Origin: Chiloscyllium plagiosum
Taxonomy: Eukaryota
Direction: 5' to 3'
NCBI RefSeq assembly: GCF_004010195.1
Contig: NC_057749.1
Location: 24,133,359 to 24,197,358, forward strand
DNA: 64,000 bases
Below, piece after piece: positions 12,663-26,689 of this stretch. Below the pieces are notes generated by a model. The model worked only from the letters and a program-made list of their open reading frames with translations. It searched no databases and had not been told where the DNA came from. Position 1 is the first letter of the stretch. Each line of letters begins with the position of its first letter. A program made the translations under genes and the position numbers.

Positions 12663-12859
12663 GGATGAGATAAGAAGGTGGAAGGCATCAGCATCTGTTA
12701 GATAGTCTGGGACTGCAGTCAGTAGCAATGCCAGAGTTTGAATTTTGTTAGCTGAAGGGAGTCACCAATGCAGCATGCGTCTGGAAATAACTAGGATGTC
12801 ACCATATGGGCCAGGATTGGTACAGTGTGTACTGTCTCAACTTTGGAAAAACGAATACA

Positions 12860-13425
12860 AGCATGGACTACTTTCTAAATGGTAAGAAAATTCATAAAGC
12901 CAATGTATAGAGGGATCTGGGAGTGCTAGTCGAGGATTCTCTAAAGGTAAACATGCAGGTTGAGTCCGTGATTAAGAAAGCGAATGCAATGTTGTCAATT
13001 ATCTCAAGAGGGTTGGAATATAAAAGCACTGTTGTGCTACTGAGACTTTATAAAGCTCTGGTTAGGCCCCATTTGGAGTACTGTCGCTAGGAAATTGTTT
13101 CCGTTAGGCAAAGAGACTAGGACCCGTGGACACAGCCTTAGAATTAGAGGGGATAAATTCATAACAGAAATGTGGAGACATTTCTTCAGCCAGAGAGTGG
13201 TGGGCCAGTAGAATTCATTGCCACAGAGTGCAGTGGAGGCTGGGATGCTAAATGTCTTCAAGGCAGAAATTGATAAATTCTTTATGTCACAAGGAATTAA
13301 GGGCTATGGGGAGAATGCTGGTAAGTGGAATTGAAATGCCCATCAGCCATGATTGAATGGCGGAGTTGACTTGATGGGCCGAATGGCCTTACTTCCGTTC
13401 CTATGTCTTATGGTCTTATGGTCTT
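12860..13425 (+). mobile_element. CR1 LINE 3' fragment with internal deletion
   Basis: LYKALVRPHLEYC coding, FFSQRVV-type motif, (TCTTATGG)n tail. Confidence 0.85.
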
Positions 13426-13444
13426 AATGCACTAGTCAGAGAGG

Positions 13445-13665
13445 AGCTCAGTTAGCTCATTTGGCTGGTTTATAATGCAGAATGATACCGGAAGTGTGGG
13501 TTCAATTCCCATACCCTGATTGAGGTAACCATAAAGGAGTCTCCTTCTCAACCTCTCCTCTTGCCTGTTGCATGGTTACCCCCAGGTTAAACCACCATGA
13601 GCCATCTCTCTCTCTCATGAGAGAGTAGCCTGTGGTCTGGTTAGACTACAGTGCCTTTACTTTAC
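13445..13665 (+). mobile_element. Second tRNA-derived SINE family (also 55628-55855 + and 56565-56785 -)
   Basis: TAGCTCA..TGG and GGTTCAATTCC boxes; body CTCCTTCTCAACCTCT..AGGTTAAA shared by three copies. Confidence 0.7.
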
Positions 13666-14011
13666 AGTCTGCAACACAGATAAAGGCCTTCAGCCCATCG
13701 AGTCTGTGCCAGTCAAAAACAAGGATATAACTGTTCTAGCAGTAAGCATATCAGCCTTTACAGTGATTTCCTCCACATAATTTCTCAACAAAATAGATCA
13801 TTAACCTCAGATTGTTCTTTAATTCTTACTGGAAAGTTTTTGAGATGTTTGTTGATTTTGATTTGACAGAGAGGTTCTTAGGCAGAGGATTCGAGCATTC
13901 ATGATTTATTTATCTGCATAAAGAATTCAAAATCAAATTCAAAGGTTTATCAGTTCTGTTTGTGTGTGTGTGTTGTAATATCACTGGACTAATAATTCAG
14001 AACCTCGGCCT

Positions 14012-14512
14012 CATAGAGTCATACAGCACAGAAACAGACCCTTGGGTCCAAACAGTCCATGCTGAACATAATTAAAATAGTCCCTAAACCTGCCTGCATT
14101 TGGCCCTCATCCCTCCAAAGATTTCTTATGCATGTACTCATCTAAGTGTCTTTTAAACATAATAACTGTACCCCCTCCCCACTACTCCCTCTGGAAGTTA
14201 CACACAAACCACCCTCTACGTCAAAAATATTGCCCCTCGTTTCTTGTTTAAATCTTTCTTCTCTCATCTTAAAAATACACCCACTTGTCTTGAACGCCCC
14301 CACCCAAGGGAAATGCCACCTGTTATTCACCTTATCTATACCTCTCATCATTTTATAAACCTCTGTAAGGTCATCCCTCAAAGTCCGACACTCCAGTGAA
14401 AAATGCCCCAGCCTATCCAGCCCCTCCTTATAACTCAAATCCTCCATTCCTGGCAACATCCTGGTCAGTCTCTTCTGAACCCTCTCCAGCATAATAACAT
14501 TCTTCCTGTAAC
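14012..14512 (-). mobile_element. CR1/HER1 LINE 3' fragment
   Basis: ORF 14142-14606 LERVQKRLTRMLPGM...VYKMMRGIDKV; ATGACTCT tail. Confidence 0.88.
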
Positions 14513-14984
14513 AGGGAGATGATCTGGGGACGTGAGTTTGAATCCTGCCGTGGCAGTCAATGGAATCTGAATTCAGTAGAAAAGCTAGAATTAAAGTAGG
14601 CACCATGCAGTTTTCATCAAAGATGGTTTAGAACCCAACTGATTCATGCTGTCATGCAGGGAAAGGAAATCTGCAATGTCTACCTGGTCATGGCCTAGTA
14701 CATGTGACTCCAGGGACAATATAGTTGACGATGGGCAATAAATGCTGGCCTCGTCCACATCCATTGATTGTTGGGATCTGAAGAGTGGGGTGCTGTCAGG
14801 TATGATTAAGGAGTGGATCAGGATCCTTGCATAGGGAAATGATCTGGTAAACCAGAGTTGTTTCAACATTTTCAGATTCTATCATTGCTGGGGACATCCT
14901 GGTTAATGGCACACAATCTGGACTGTAATGATCTTGGCAAACCTTATTCCAACCTAAACTGCAGAAGATCCAGAGTTGGTGAGA

Positions 14985-15495
14985 AAAGTCATAGAGATGT
15001 AAAGCACGGAAACAGACCCTTCAGTCCAACTTGTCCATGCCGACCAGATATCCCAACCTAACCCAGTCCCATTTGCTAGCATTTGGAGTGACATTGTAAA
15101 CTTTTTGCTTACTTCTGTACTTGAGTACCGCGTGACAATAAACATAATTCTATTTCTATTGCTCCTGTAAACCCTTCCTATTCATGTACCCATCCAGATA
15201 CCCTCTAAATGCTGTAATTGTACCAGCCTCCACCACTTCCTCTGGCAGCTCATTCCATACACTCCTGTAAACCCTTCCTATTCATGTACCCATCCAGATA
15301 CCCTCTAAATACTGTAATTGTACCAGCCTCCACCACTTCCTTTGGCAGCTCATTCCATACACACACCAACCTCTGCATGAAAAGGTTGCCCCTTAATGTC
15401 CCTTTTAAATCTTTCCCCTCCCCCCTTAAACATATGCTCTCTAGTTTTGTACTCCCCTACTCTGGGGAAAAAGACCTTGGCTATTCACCCTATCC
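14985..15495 (-). mobile_element. CR1/HER1 3' fragment with ~100-bp tandem duplication (15162-15361)
   Basis: HER1 3' sequence; CTCCTGTAAACCCTTCC...CATTCCATACA occurs twice in tandem. Confidence 0.8.
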
Positions 15496-15944
15496 TGAGT
15501 TTGTCTGTTTCCAGTGGATTTCTTTTGGCTGCAGTGCAGAAACTTTCCACTTGTTTTTCCTCCAGTAGTCTTGATTTTATCTGGAACTTCAAAGGAATTG
15601 TTGTGTATAGGATGACATTTCTAATACTCTGCCTTCCTGGTGTAAAGTAATATGCTTTCAATCACTTCACTGCCCACTGTGTGTGATCATTATTGAGACA
15701 CTGCTCTGTTCTTTAATGAACCTAATTAATGTATTCTTGATCTGAATATTTCAAATTTATTTTGAGATTAGAAATAATCTGCATAACAGGCAGAAAATGT
15801 TTTGTTAAAACAACTTAACTGACAATCCAGGACAAAGCATTCCAATTGATGCCACCCTATTACCAACTAAAATGTTCACTCTTGCCACCACCAGCTCACA
15901 ATGTGTACCATCTACAACACGCACCTCAGCGACTTGCCAAAACC

Positions 15945-17046
15945 TGGACTAAACTCTGCAACTGGATCCTCAGCTTTCTGATCCACAGACCACAATCAGT
16001 GAAGATAGATAACTGCACCTCCCCCACAATAACATGCAACACTGGAGCCCCCCAAGGATGTGACCTCAGCCCCCTACTGTACTCCTTGTACACCCACAAC
16101 TGTGTTGCCAAATTCTAAATGAATGCCATATACAAGTTCACTGATGACACAACCACAGTTGCACAGATGTCTAACAACAGCATGCCAAAATATAGAAGGG
16201 AAATAGATGTGGTGCAATGAGAACAACCTCTCTCTCAACGACGGCAAAACTAAAGAACTGATCATTGACTTCAGAAAGGAAGGAGGAGGCCACCCTCCCA
16301 TCTACACCGACGGAGTTGAGGCTCAGAGGGTCGAGAGCGTCAAGTTCCTCAAAGTGATGATAACCGACAACCTGTCCTGGACTTGCCACATAGATGTGAC
16401 AGTCAAGAAGGTACAAAAATGCCTCTTCTTCCTCCGGCGGCTCAGGAAATTCGGCATGTCCATAAGGACCCTCACCACCTCTAAGGATGCACCATTGAGA
16501 GCATATGTCTGGGTGCGTAACGGTCTGGTACGGCATCTGCTCTGCCCAGAACTGTGAGAAACTACAGAAGGTGGTGGTGTGCACAGCCCAGACCGTCAGG
16601 AAGCCAACCTCCCATCCATGGACTCCATTTACATGGCTCACTGCCGCGGAAAGGCTGCCAATAACATCAAAGACCCATCGCAACCTGGTAATGATCTCCT
16701 ACAACCTCTTCCATCAGGCAAAAGATACAGAAACCTGAACACACACACACCCGCAGGTTCAGGAACAGCTTCTTCCCGGCTTTTATTAGATTGATGAATG
16801 GACTAGACAGGGGATGAAACGTCTGCAACACAAATTCCCAGCTTGGCGAACAGAACCACCACAATGATGAATGGACTCTCTATCCTCGCGAACACTGATC
16901 TTGCCTAGTGCACGCCATGTGCAATGTAACCTGTAGGCCTCTAAGTCTCTTTGATCTGTATATCCTTGCTTACTATGATCTGCCTGTACAGCTCGTGAAC
17001 AAAGCTTTTCACTGTACTTCAGTACACGTGACAATAAATCAATCAA
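15945..17046 (+). mobile_element. Rex1/Babar-like non-LTR retrotransposon, 5'-truncated and decayed
   Basis: NTGAPQGCDLSPLLYSLYTHNCV, YKFTDDT, WCNENNLSLNDGKTKELIIDFRK, LFFLRRLRKFGM; AATAAATCAATCAAT tail. A further 3' fragment lies at ~50030-50420. Confidence 0.85.
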
Positions 17047-17184
17047 TGGTACCTTCCAAACCCACAAACTTTACCACTTAGAAGCAGAAGGAGAAGAGTA
17101 CCGGGGCATGGGAGCACCACCATCTGCAAGTTCCTCTCCAAGCCTCAGACCAGCCTAATTTGGGAATACTTTGCCACTGGACTT

Positions 17185-17612
17185 ATACTCACAGGAATTT
17201 GGAAGAATGAAGGGGAATCTCATGGTAATATATAAAATCCTGATGGGACTGGCCAGGCTAGATATGGGAAGAATGTTCCTGATGTTAAGCAAGTCCACAT
17301 TTAGAGGGTCACAGCCTAAGAATAAGGGGTAAGCCATTCAGGATTGAGATGAGGAAGAATTTCTTCACTCAGGGAGTTGTGAACCTGTGGAATTCTCTAC
17401 CACTGAAAACTATTGGGGTCTGTTCATTAGATATATTCAAGAGGGAGCTGGATGTAGCCCTGCGGACTTAGGAGATCATGGAGTATGAAGAGAAACCGGG
17501 AGTGGGATACTGAGATTGCATGATCAGCCACGATCATATCGAATGATGGTGCAGGCTCAAAAGGGCCGAATAGCCTACTCCTGCACCTATTCTCTATGTT
17601 TCTAGGTTTCTA
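17185..17612 (+). mobile_element. CR1 LINE 3' fragment
   Basis: RMKGNLMVIYKILMG..MRKNFFTQGVVNLWNSL; TTTCTATG-type tail. Confidence 0.8.
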
Positions 17613-19821
17613 TTTCTTCACTACCGCTGGGCCAATATCCTGGAACTCTGTCCTATCAGCACTGTGGGTGGCCCTACACCACAGGAACTGCAGGAACTTG
17701 AGAAGTCTGCTCACCATCACCTTCTCAAGGGGCAATAAAAGGGATTTAGGGAAGGCTATGGTGTAGTGGTCGTCTCACTGGGCTAGGAAGCTGGAAATCC
17801 AGGTTAATGTTATGGAGACATTGATTCAAATCCTGCCATGCAGACAGTGAAATTTGGCTTCAATAAAAATCTGGCCTAGTGACAAACATATAAATGCTGT
17901 CAATTGTTGAAGAAAAGATCTGCCTCACTCATGTCCTTTAAGCCATAACCTGAATTGGCTTAGAAGCAATTCACAGCAATGTGGTCGGCTCTGAAATGCC
18001 TGCTGGACAATTGGTGGGGGCTTAATCAATGATGGCCTAGCCAGCAATGCCCACATCCTGTAAATTAAGTTTTTAAAATTCCATAGCCCGGTAATAATAT
18101 TTTAATAATTGCTAAAGTTTAAGGTTATTGTAAATTTTTGGTAAACATTATTTTTGAAGTACTTTTAATTTAAAATTTGTTGAATATGTTTAATTCTCCA
18201 CTCATAATTTTTTTTTGGTCTGGCAGTATTCAGCCACCTTACTCTGACGTGGTGAAAAGATGGCTATCGTATTTCGTGAGGCTACGATTGCAGTATGTGC
18301 TGCTCCATTTGTATTTGATGCCATAAGTTAATATTACCATGCATGGTCTTGTCGGGTCTATAAATAGCTGGCATGAGGTCTATGGCTATGTATAACTGAT
18401 TCCCGTCTACTGAAAATGGCAGATGGCATATTTCTGGGAGGTTCACACTAATTCAATTAGTTGGCTCCTTGCAAGACTGCTCAGCTCGGTCCATCAATTG
18501 TCCAACTGACAAGACCTTGTGGCTTTCCATTCTCTACCTCTTCCAGCTTTAGTTCTCTCTCAGTTTTCACTATTTCAGAATCAGGTATTGATACAGGGGA
18601 TCATCACCTTAACCATGGAGACTAGCTGGAAACCCGGAGCAAACACCAAGGTGTCAAGTGAGGAGTGCTATCACCTCAGATTCTGAGGATTGTAGGTGTA
18701 AATCCCAGTCCGGAAACCTGCATGCTCACTCATTGCAACACCGGGGGAGTGCTGCTCTGTCACGCAGGCCATTGCTTGGATGAGATGTGAAACCAAATGA
18801 CTCTCTCAGTCATATCACAATAAATAGCTGGGGAGTTATCGCCACTGCTGATGTCATAATCCCATGATTGACATGGTTGACAAAAAAAATGATTATCCAG
18901 ACCTGATTGCTTTGTCATTTGTGGGATCATGCTGTGCACTAGCTGGCTGCCACAAACCTGATATTCCATTACCTTTCAAAAGCTCTTGGCAGGCAACCAC
19001 TCTTCAGGACACCCTGAGTTTATGAGTGGCACTAATGCAATGCAAATCTTCCCTCCTCAGCAGCCTGCCTTCGTCACAATTGCAGACTCGCTGTTATCCA
19101 CCAATGCAGCCTCTTTGATTTCCAATCAAGGGCACCGTGGATTCGAATTAATGCTCACGAGGAATGGGCTTTGGTCTCTTAGGGTCCATTGCAGCAGAGA
19201 GAGACTGAAATCCTTTCTCTCCGCGGTTTGCTCGAGTTCCCAGGTTGAGGCGCAGTCAGCCTATGTTGCCTCCTCTTCCCTCTCCTCCCCTCAGCCCCAC
19301 TCCTGAACACATTGGCTTTTGCTGAAAACACTTGCAGGAGCCACAGCCTCCAATTCCTCATCCTGGTCAGAGCCTTATGGAGTCATACAGCATGGAAACA
19401 GACCCTTCGGCCCAACCAGCCCGTGCTGACTAGAATCACAAACTAAACTAGTCCCACCTGCCTGCACTTGGCCCAAGTCCCTCCAAATATTTTTTTATTC
19501 ATGTACTTCTCCAAATGTCTTTTCAACCTTGGAACTGTACCTGTGCCCACCATTTCCTCTGGTATTGATTGTCCTTTCAATGCATCTTTCCCTTTCTTTA
19601 GGTGGCTGAATCTCTTACTCGTTTCCTTCATCTCTGCTTCTCTGATCTGCCATGTTGTGATTTGCATCTTTGATGGTAATGGGATACCGCTCAAATCAAC
19701 CTCAGCTTGAGATGGGATTGAACCCCGGGTGGAAGCAATCTGAACCACTCTGCCCATCTGCCCGACTGCCTCCCCAGGGAGTTCATGTTCCTTTGGTAAC
19801 AGGACACTTTTACCTCCACGC

Positions 19822-20140
19822 TCATAGGATCCCTACAGTGTGGAAACAGGCCATTGAGTCAACAACCGACCCTCTGTAGAGTATCCCACCCAGACTCATT
19901 CCCCTACCCTATCACTCTACATTTACCCCTGACTAATGCACCTAACCTACACATCCCTGAACACGATGGGCAATTTAGCATGGCCAGTTCACCTAACCTG
20001 CACATCTTTGGACTGTGAATGGAAACCAGAGCACCCAGAGGAAACCCACACAGACATGGGGAGAATGTGCAAACTCCACACAGACAGTTGCCCGAGGCTG
20101 GAATCGAACCCGAGTCCCTGGCGCTGTGAGGCAGCACTGA
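19822..20140 (-). mobile_element. HE1-type V-SINE
   Basis: Matches the other copies in the window. Confidence 0.88.
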
Positions 20141-23100
20141 GTCATCTATAGTAACCTGGAGGTTGTTACCACTGGCTGGCGAAAATAGAACTAGCCCTCA
20201 AAATAAGGGGGAGCAGATTTCGGACTGAGTTGAGGAGGAACTTCTTCACCCAAAGGGCTGTGAATCTGTGGAGTTCCCTGCCCAATGAAGCAGTTGAGGC
20301 TTCCTTCTTGAATGTTTTTTAAAGCAAAGATAGATAGATTTTTGAGCAGTAAAGGAATTCAAGGTTACAGTGAGCAGGCAGGTAAGTGGAGCTGATTCCA
20401 TGAAATGATCTTATTGAATGGTGGAACGGGCTCAAGGAGTCTAATAGCCTACCCCTGCTCCTAATTCTAATGTTCTTATGTCGTTATGGATATTAGATAG
20501 TAGACACTTCACTGTCTTTCCATCAAGTAGTTGACATGGAATTTCTCCTGCTGTTACTGCCTGACATTAATGTAAGTTGGAATAATTTATAAATGAATGT
20601 TTGACTATCAGTTCCATGTGGGACTTGAACCTCAATGCTACTGGTTCAGAGGCTGTCACTGCGCCATTAGATCCCCTTCCTCTTACATCAGCCCCTGGTT
20701 AAAGAAGCACATTAACAAAAAATGGGATTTACATGTATGTACAACTTTCCATAATGGGCATTAACAATTACATAAAGCATATTTATCAATGATGTACAAG
20801 GTTATGGTGATGGGGTGGCGAAAGGTCATTGAGGTGTTTGATCAGCCATGTTAGTATTGATCAGTGGGGCAGGCTCAGTGGGCTGAATGGCCTATGTTTC
20901 CTATAACCTCAGAGCATCCCAATGAAATGCTTTGGATGTGCCATCACATTTGTCCAAAAGGAAGCAAGGTAACCAAATTGCTCCGAGCAATCTCCCGCAT
21001 ACAGCGATGTAATAATATCTCAATCCTTGTTTGAGAGATAAATATTAGCCAGGATGCCAGGGGAAGCACCCTACACCCCAACATTCCCCTGAACACTTCT
21101 TAATAATAAAACCATGGGATCTTTCAAATCCGTTTGATACAGAAGGTGGAGATGCTGAAAATCTGAAGTAAAATTAAAACTCAGCAGGCCAGGTGGCCTC
21201 TGTGAAGGGTAAAAAATGGAGTTAGTGTTTCATGTTGATGAGCTTTCATTTGAACCTAGTTTTTATAATTTAGCAGATTAGTTTAATGTTTCATCCTAAA
21301 GACAGTGTCTCTGACAGTGCATCAAGCACCTCACTAATTCTGTGCTCAAGCCTTTGTGTTAGGCCACAACCTCCTGACTCAAGCCTTTGTGTTAGGCCAC
21401 AACCTCCCGACTCAGAGATCAGCTTTTTGAATGGTGAGTCACGTCTCCCAAATCTCACACAACGTTGTTCTTTGACTGACATCCACTTCAGGCTGAGTTT
21501 TCTCGGGATATAGCTGTCATACACCCTAATCCTCCTGGGAATGTCTGCCATCATTGACAAGTTACTGTGTCTGTGTGTGGGAGATTTGAGTTTGTCACCC
21601 ATCTTAAAGAATCGCACTGAGCTAAGGTCCAAATGCTGCTCTGATCTGCATTAGAAAGTCGAATAAATGCAACTAAAAAAACAATTAACATTGAGTGTGT
21701 ATTGTCATGAGTGACTTATCTCGCTACAGAATACAGGTGACTAAAGACGTTCAATTAGTTCAGAACTGACAATGACTGAAGGAATTAAGCAATATCACTG
21801 CTAAACTGATACATCAGAGAGAGTCAGTTTAACATTACCCATCAAAGTGTAAATCCAGATTAAACAAAATCAAATTAACAAATACACAAATAAGGTGTGT
21901 TGAGATTGGGTGACAAGAAAGCTGAGGCAGAGAAATCAAAAGTGGTCCACCGTTTGATTTCATTGGGTCTTCATGTGGAAGTAGAATTTTGCTCTTCTTG
22001 ATGACATTCGTTAAACAAGATTGGATTGTAAATCAATTAGCCATCAGTGGTACAAAAAGAGAAAGTGCTGGAGAAACCCGGTAAGTCTGGCAGCATCTCT
22101 GGTGAGAGAAACAGAGTTTGAGTCCAGTGATACCTCTTCACTGAAGCCATCAGTGATACTTGCTCTTCACCAGTTCCAGCCACAGAAAGTCTTTTGCAAA
22201 TTCTCTCCTTCCCTCAAAAGGCTGTAGATGTCCAAGGATTGCAGGTCATGCAATTAGTTTGATAGACCATTGTTGGGGTAAGGAGATCACTTGGAATGGG
22301 ACTAGGACAGGTAAATAGGGGTTTGGTGAGCTGTGAATGTAAATGAACAGTAGTGCTCTCGGGCCAGTTATGTTTTTTGCTTCTTCACTAGATTGGTATT
22401 AGCTAAATATGGTTCCCACAAATTTCTTTCTTAACACTGTCAACAACTCTTCTTCTGTTGGAGAGTGAGAGAGGAATTTGTTAACAGGTGGGAGCCAAAT
22501 TGCTGGAGAAATGAAAGTTGAGGCCTCTCTGTGAAGGCCTATGTTTTATGGTGACCAATTTGTAAAAAGGTGAGGGGGGATTTTGGAAAAAAATTGAACA
22601 AGTACTTTATATGTTTCAGCAGGTATCTAATTTCACCATTTCATTTTATTGCTTGCTATCAGATTCCCCCAAAGGCGTTTTATTTTTAGCGCGAGTCGCT
22701 CTGTTCTGGAATTCACTCCCTGGGCCTAAGATTGTGACTGAGACATGTGGTGGGATGTTGGAGAAGCAGACCTCAAACATGTCAGGGCCTATGTGCCTTT
22801 TAATTATAAGATCAGCACGATATGAATTACTGATGCGGTCACACAGACAAAGTAATATAAAAGTGGCAGATAGACGCAGGCTCTGTTTCAAGTGATGTCG
22901 GCTTAATCTCTGGCACAGATTGTATTTATAGCAGAGGTAGCAGTCACATGACTATTGTAGGCCAGTCAGTACACCTCAGTACCAATACATTTACTAAACA
23001 TTTCCCTTTTCATGCACTATCATTTGCATTTACAAAGTATTGTTTTCCCAATACACATTATCACAAATATAATTGACATTTAACAAAACTGTGATAGTTC

Positions 23101-23547
23101 TGGTCAGTTCCACTTCCATCAATCTCCATGCATGCATTTCACATCTCATCTTTAAACCATGAGTATATGTGCATTTTCATTGGCTGTTCCTCTGGTATCT
23201 GCTCATTCTAAGAGTGCTTCTCTGGGGCTGGTGTTATGTTCAATGTGCATCTCCACCACCTGACTTCCTCTCACTCTATCAGCACACCCTGCTTTCTACT
23301 CTGCCTTCATCAATTTTCCTTTAACACATTAGTGCTATTTGCTTAGCCAGCCCATGTGACAATAAGTTTCCCTTTCTCAATAGCCTCTGGGTTAAGAAAG
23401 GACAGATTGGGTCTCAGTTTAACATCTTATTCAAAAATCAACACCTCCAACAGGTGCAGAACCCCCATAGATCCCACCACATTATTTGGGAAAAGAGTGA
23501 ATTCTCAGTATCCCCAGGATCCTGCCAAACTTAATGACTGGAGTGGA

Positions 23548-23752
23548 CTCAAAAGTGTGGTGCTGGAAAAGCACAGCTGGTCAGGCAGCATCCGAGGAGC
23601 AGGAGAATTGATGCTTCGGGCATAAGCCTTTTATCACGAAATGCCTGAAACGTCGATTCTCCTGCTCCTCGGATGCTGCCTGACCTGTTGTGCTTTTCCA
23701 GCACCACACTCTCGGCTCTGATCTCCAGCATCTGCAGTCCTCACTTTCTCCT
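23548..23752 (+). mobile_element. PLE-derived hairpin element (family A)
   Basis: Inverted arms ~23553-23640 and 23641-23712; tail CTGATCTCCAGCATCTGCAGTCCTCACTTTCTC; degenerate TSD (ACTGGAGTGGACT / ACTGCAGTGTACT). Confidence 0.8.
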
Positions 23753-24314
23753 TACTGCAGTGTACTGCCCATCAGCCAAATAGTGAGCTCCATCAGCCCA
23801 GCTCAGTTTAGACTGAAGAGCAAAGTAGGCCAAAGATTGGTGTAGGCTTTTGAGCAGTGTAACTGATTGTAAGCAATGCTGGCCTTAGAAAAGTGGCTTT
23901 TACTGATTTTGGTTTGGAATCCAGAAATAAATAAACCAGTCCACCCTCTTGAACAGTACAAGGAGGGACAGCAAAACTGCATTCCAGCCGCACACAAGAA
24001 ACATTCCTTAATTATTCATTCATGCTGTTCCTGAAGACGGATTTTTGGCTCATTCTCAGCTGAGGTTCCATCTTGGGCCAGTTTTTGTTTTGGTCAGCAA
24101 TGGTTTCCTGCTGCCTTCCTATCTCAGGGGCAAGACCAGGCGACAGGTCCCATGCTTACCTCAGATTCGATCCCCCGTACTGTCGCCGTTATTCAGAACC
24201 ACATACTAGCCGACTAGTTAAACTAACCAGGCCATTTGGTGGGAATTCCCTGTCCTAGTTACTAAATCTTACTATGTCATCCTTCAGGACTGATTGAGAA
24301 ATTCTGGGCTAATT

Positions 24315-24955
24315 CAGTTACTGAGGGAGTGCTGCACAGTCAGAGATGCCATCTTTCAGATGATACATTAAAATGTGGCTTTGTGGGTTCTCAGATGGAT
24401 ACACTCATTCACATAGGAACAGGGTTCCTGGACAATATTTATTCTTCAAAAAACATCACTAAATCCAAGCATCTCATCGGTACTTCCTTTCTGTTTTGGG
24501 GGACTTGCTGTGTGCTAATCGGTGGCTGTATTACCTATGCTGACAACGTTGACTGCACCTCAACAACTTTCAATGAACGCTGGCCATTAAATGAATTAGG
24601 AGGTTGTGAAAGGCACTACATAAATGCAAGTTTTTCTTTTTGATTGTATGGTTAGCCAAAGGAAAAGACACTAGAGAAATTAAGAAAAAGGCACTCAACA
24701 AATGAAGGAAAATACACTGTATAAATGAGGAGAAAGGTATATAAATGCAAGTTTTATTTATTGATTGAATAGTTAGCTGAAGGAAAAGGCGCTATATCAA
24801 TGCAAGCTTTTCTTTCAATTGAATGGATAAATTAAGGGGAAGATATTATATAAATGGAAAAAGGCACTATACAGATGAAGGAAAATATACTACATAAATG
24901 AAGAAAAAGGCACTATATAAATGCAAACTTTTTCTTTTTGATTGAATAGTTAATA
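24315..24955 (+). repeat. DeuSINE whose 3' tail is tandemly re-iterated
   Basis: SINE body 24315-24640, then repeated AAAGGCACTATATAAATGCAAG..TTTTTGATTGAAT units. Confidence 0.65.
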
Positions 24956-26184
24956 AACAAAAAGGGTTTTAAAGGGAGATGTGATTAAATTAATGTAAAT
25001 GTCAATGTGGAAGAATTAGCCTGTTTCTTCATTTTCACTGCCTGTTTATGTATTTCTTTGTACATGTATATAACTCTCCTCTTTAATGGCTCCAGTTTTT
25101 ATCGGGTTGGCAAAATAGCTTTTATATTCTGTAATATCTCAAAATGGGAGTCAATATAATCTTGGCCAATAGTTCAGGGTAGTCAGCAGCAAGAACCACT
25201 AATGGAAACATTGCAGTTTTTGTGGTCAGTCTCACATTCTCTGAAATGATCTGAAAAACATCCAGTTCAGTTTCCTGTCTATAAAATGCAGCCCCACCGA
25301 TTATTTTTGTTGGTTCTTCTCAGGATACGAATGTCACTGGAATGGTCCCAATTGTTTATCCCCAATTACCCGAGGAGAAAGTGATGGTGAACCACCTTGT
25401 GGTGGGGATAATTCCTCAACTTCAGGATTTTGATCCAGTGACAATGAAGCCCATTGGTAATATGAGTCCAAGGTGGGATGGTTTGTTACCTAGAGTCAGA
25501 GAGTGGTACAGCACAGAAAGAGAGCCTTTGGTCTTAGGATTTGCAAGGTTCCATGCTGCTGCTGGTGTTCCGAAGTGACTGCTATCCCTATGCTTCCAAG
25601 TTTTGGAAATTGTGGAATTGGCAGGTTGTGGTGGAGTGTGTTGAGTGAGTAGCTGCAGTGAAGCCTGTGGTACAGTCTGCGTCGGCATAGGGAGCGAACA
25701 TCAAGATCAATAGCTAAGGGGTCAACCAAGAGATGGGACATCTCCTCCTGTTGCATCAGCTGTACCCATTCCATTGTTCTTAGTAAAGGAAAAGAACTTC
25801 CTTTCTTCTCACCTGGTTTTTTTAATTTTCACTCCTCTGTCTTACTTGCAACCAAGGGGATAGACAAGTGAGCCTTTTCTTCTTGGACTTTGCTGGATTC
25901 ATTATTTACATCCATGCCCTGGACTGTTGAACTTATAAAAGGGAGGCAGCACCATAGTGGTAACGTCACTGGGCTAGTAATCCCAAACCCCATTCCAATT
26001 TTCTGGGCAATGGGGTTCAAATCAATCATGATAAAAATCAGAATTCATTTTTCAGAATCCCTGATAAAATCTGATGCTATGGAATTGTAAAGAGCATAAG
26101 TTTGGGGCACCCATGGGGAGACACAATTTGAAACTGGACACCATTCTTCGAACTGCACTCAGCATCTCACAGATGGGAATGGAT

Positions 26185-26502
26185 CATGGAATCCCTGCAG
26201 TGTGGAAGCAGACCATTCGGCCCATTGAGTCCACATCACCCGTCCAAAGACCATCCCATCCAGACCCACCACTCTACCCTCTCCCTGTAACCCCACATTT
26301 CCCATGGCTAATCCACCTAGTCTACATATCCCTGGACACTATGGGCAACTTGGCATTACCAAGCCACTGAACCTTGCACATCTTTGGACTGTGGGAAGAA
26401 ACTGGAGTACCCGGAAGAAACCCACGCAGACACGGAAAGAACTTGCAAACTCCGCACAGACAGCTACCCGAGGCTGGAATCGAACCTGGGTCCCTGGTGC
26501 TG
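26185..26502 (-). mobile_element. HE1-type V-SINE
   Basis: Matches the other copies. Confidence 0.85.
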
Positions 26503-26689
26503 TTTATTGCCTCTGAAGAAGTCTCAGGGCAACTGCTGGTTCCATTCAGACCTTAAGGAGGAGATTCCTATAAGAAATCTGTAGGGTCTTGACTCACACT
26601 TTGGGACATTGAAGATCTGAAGAACAAATTTTTTTAATATAACATTCAGACAGAGAGGAAGTTCAAGATAACTCTTGTGTTACAGATGA

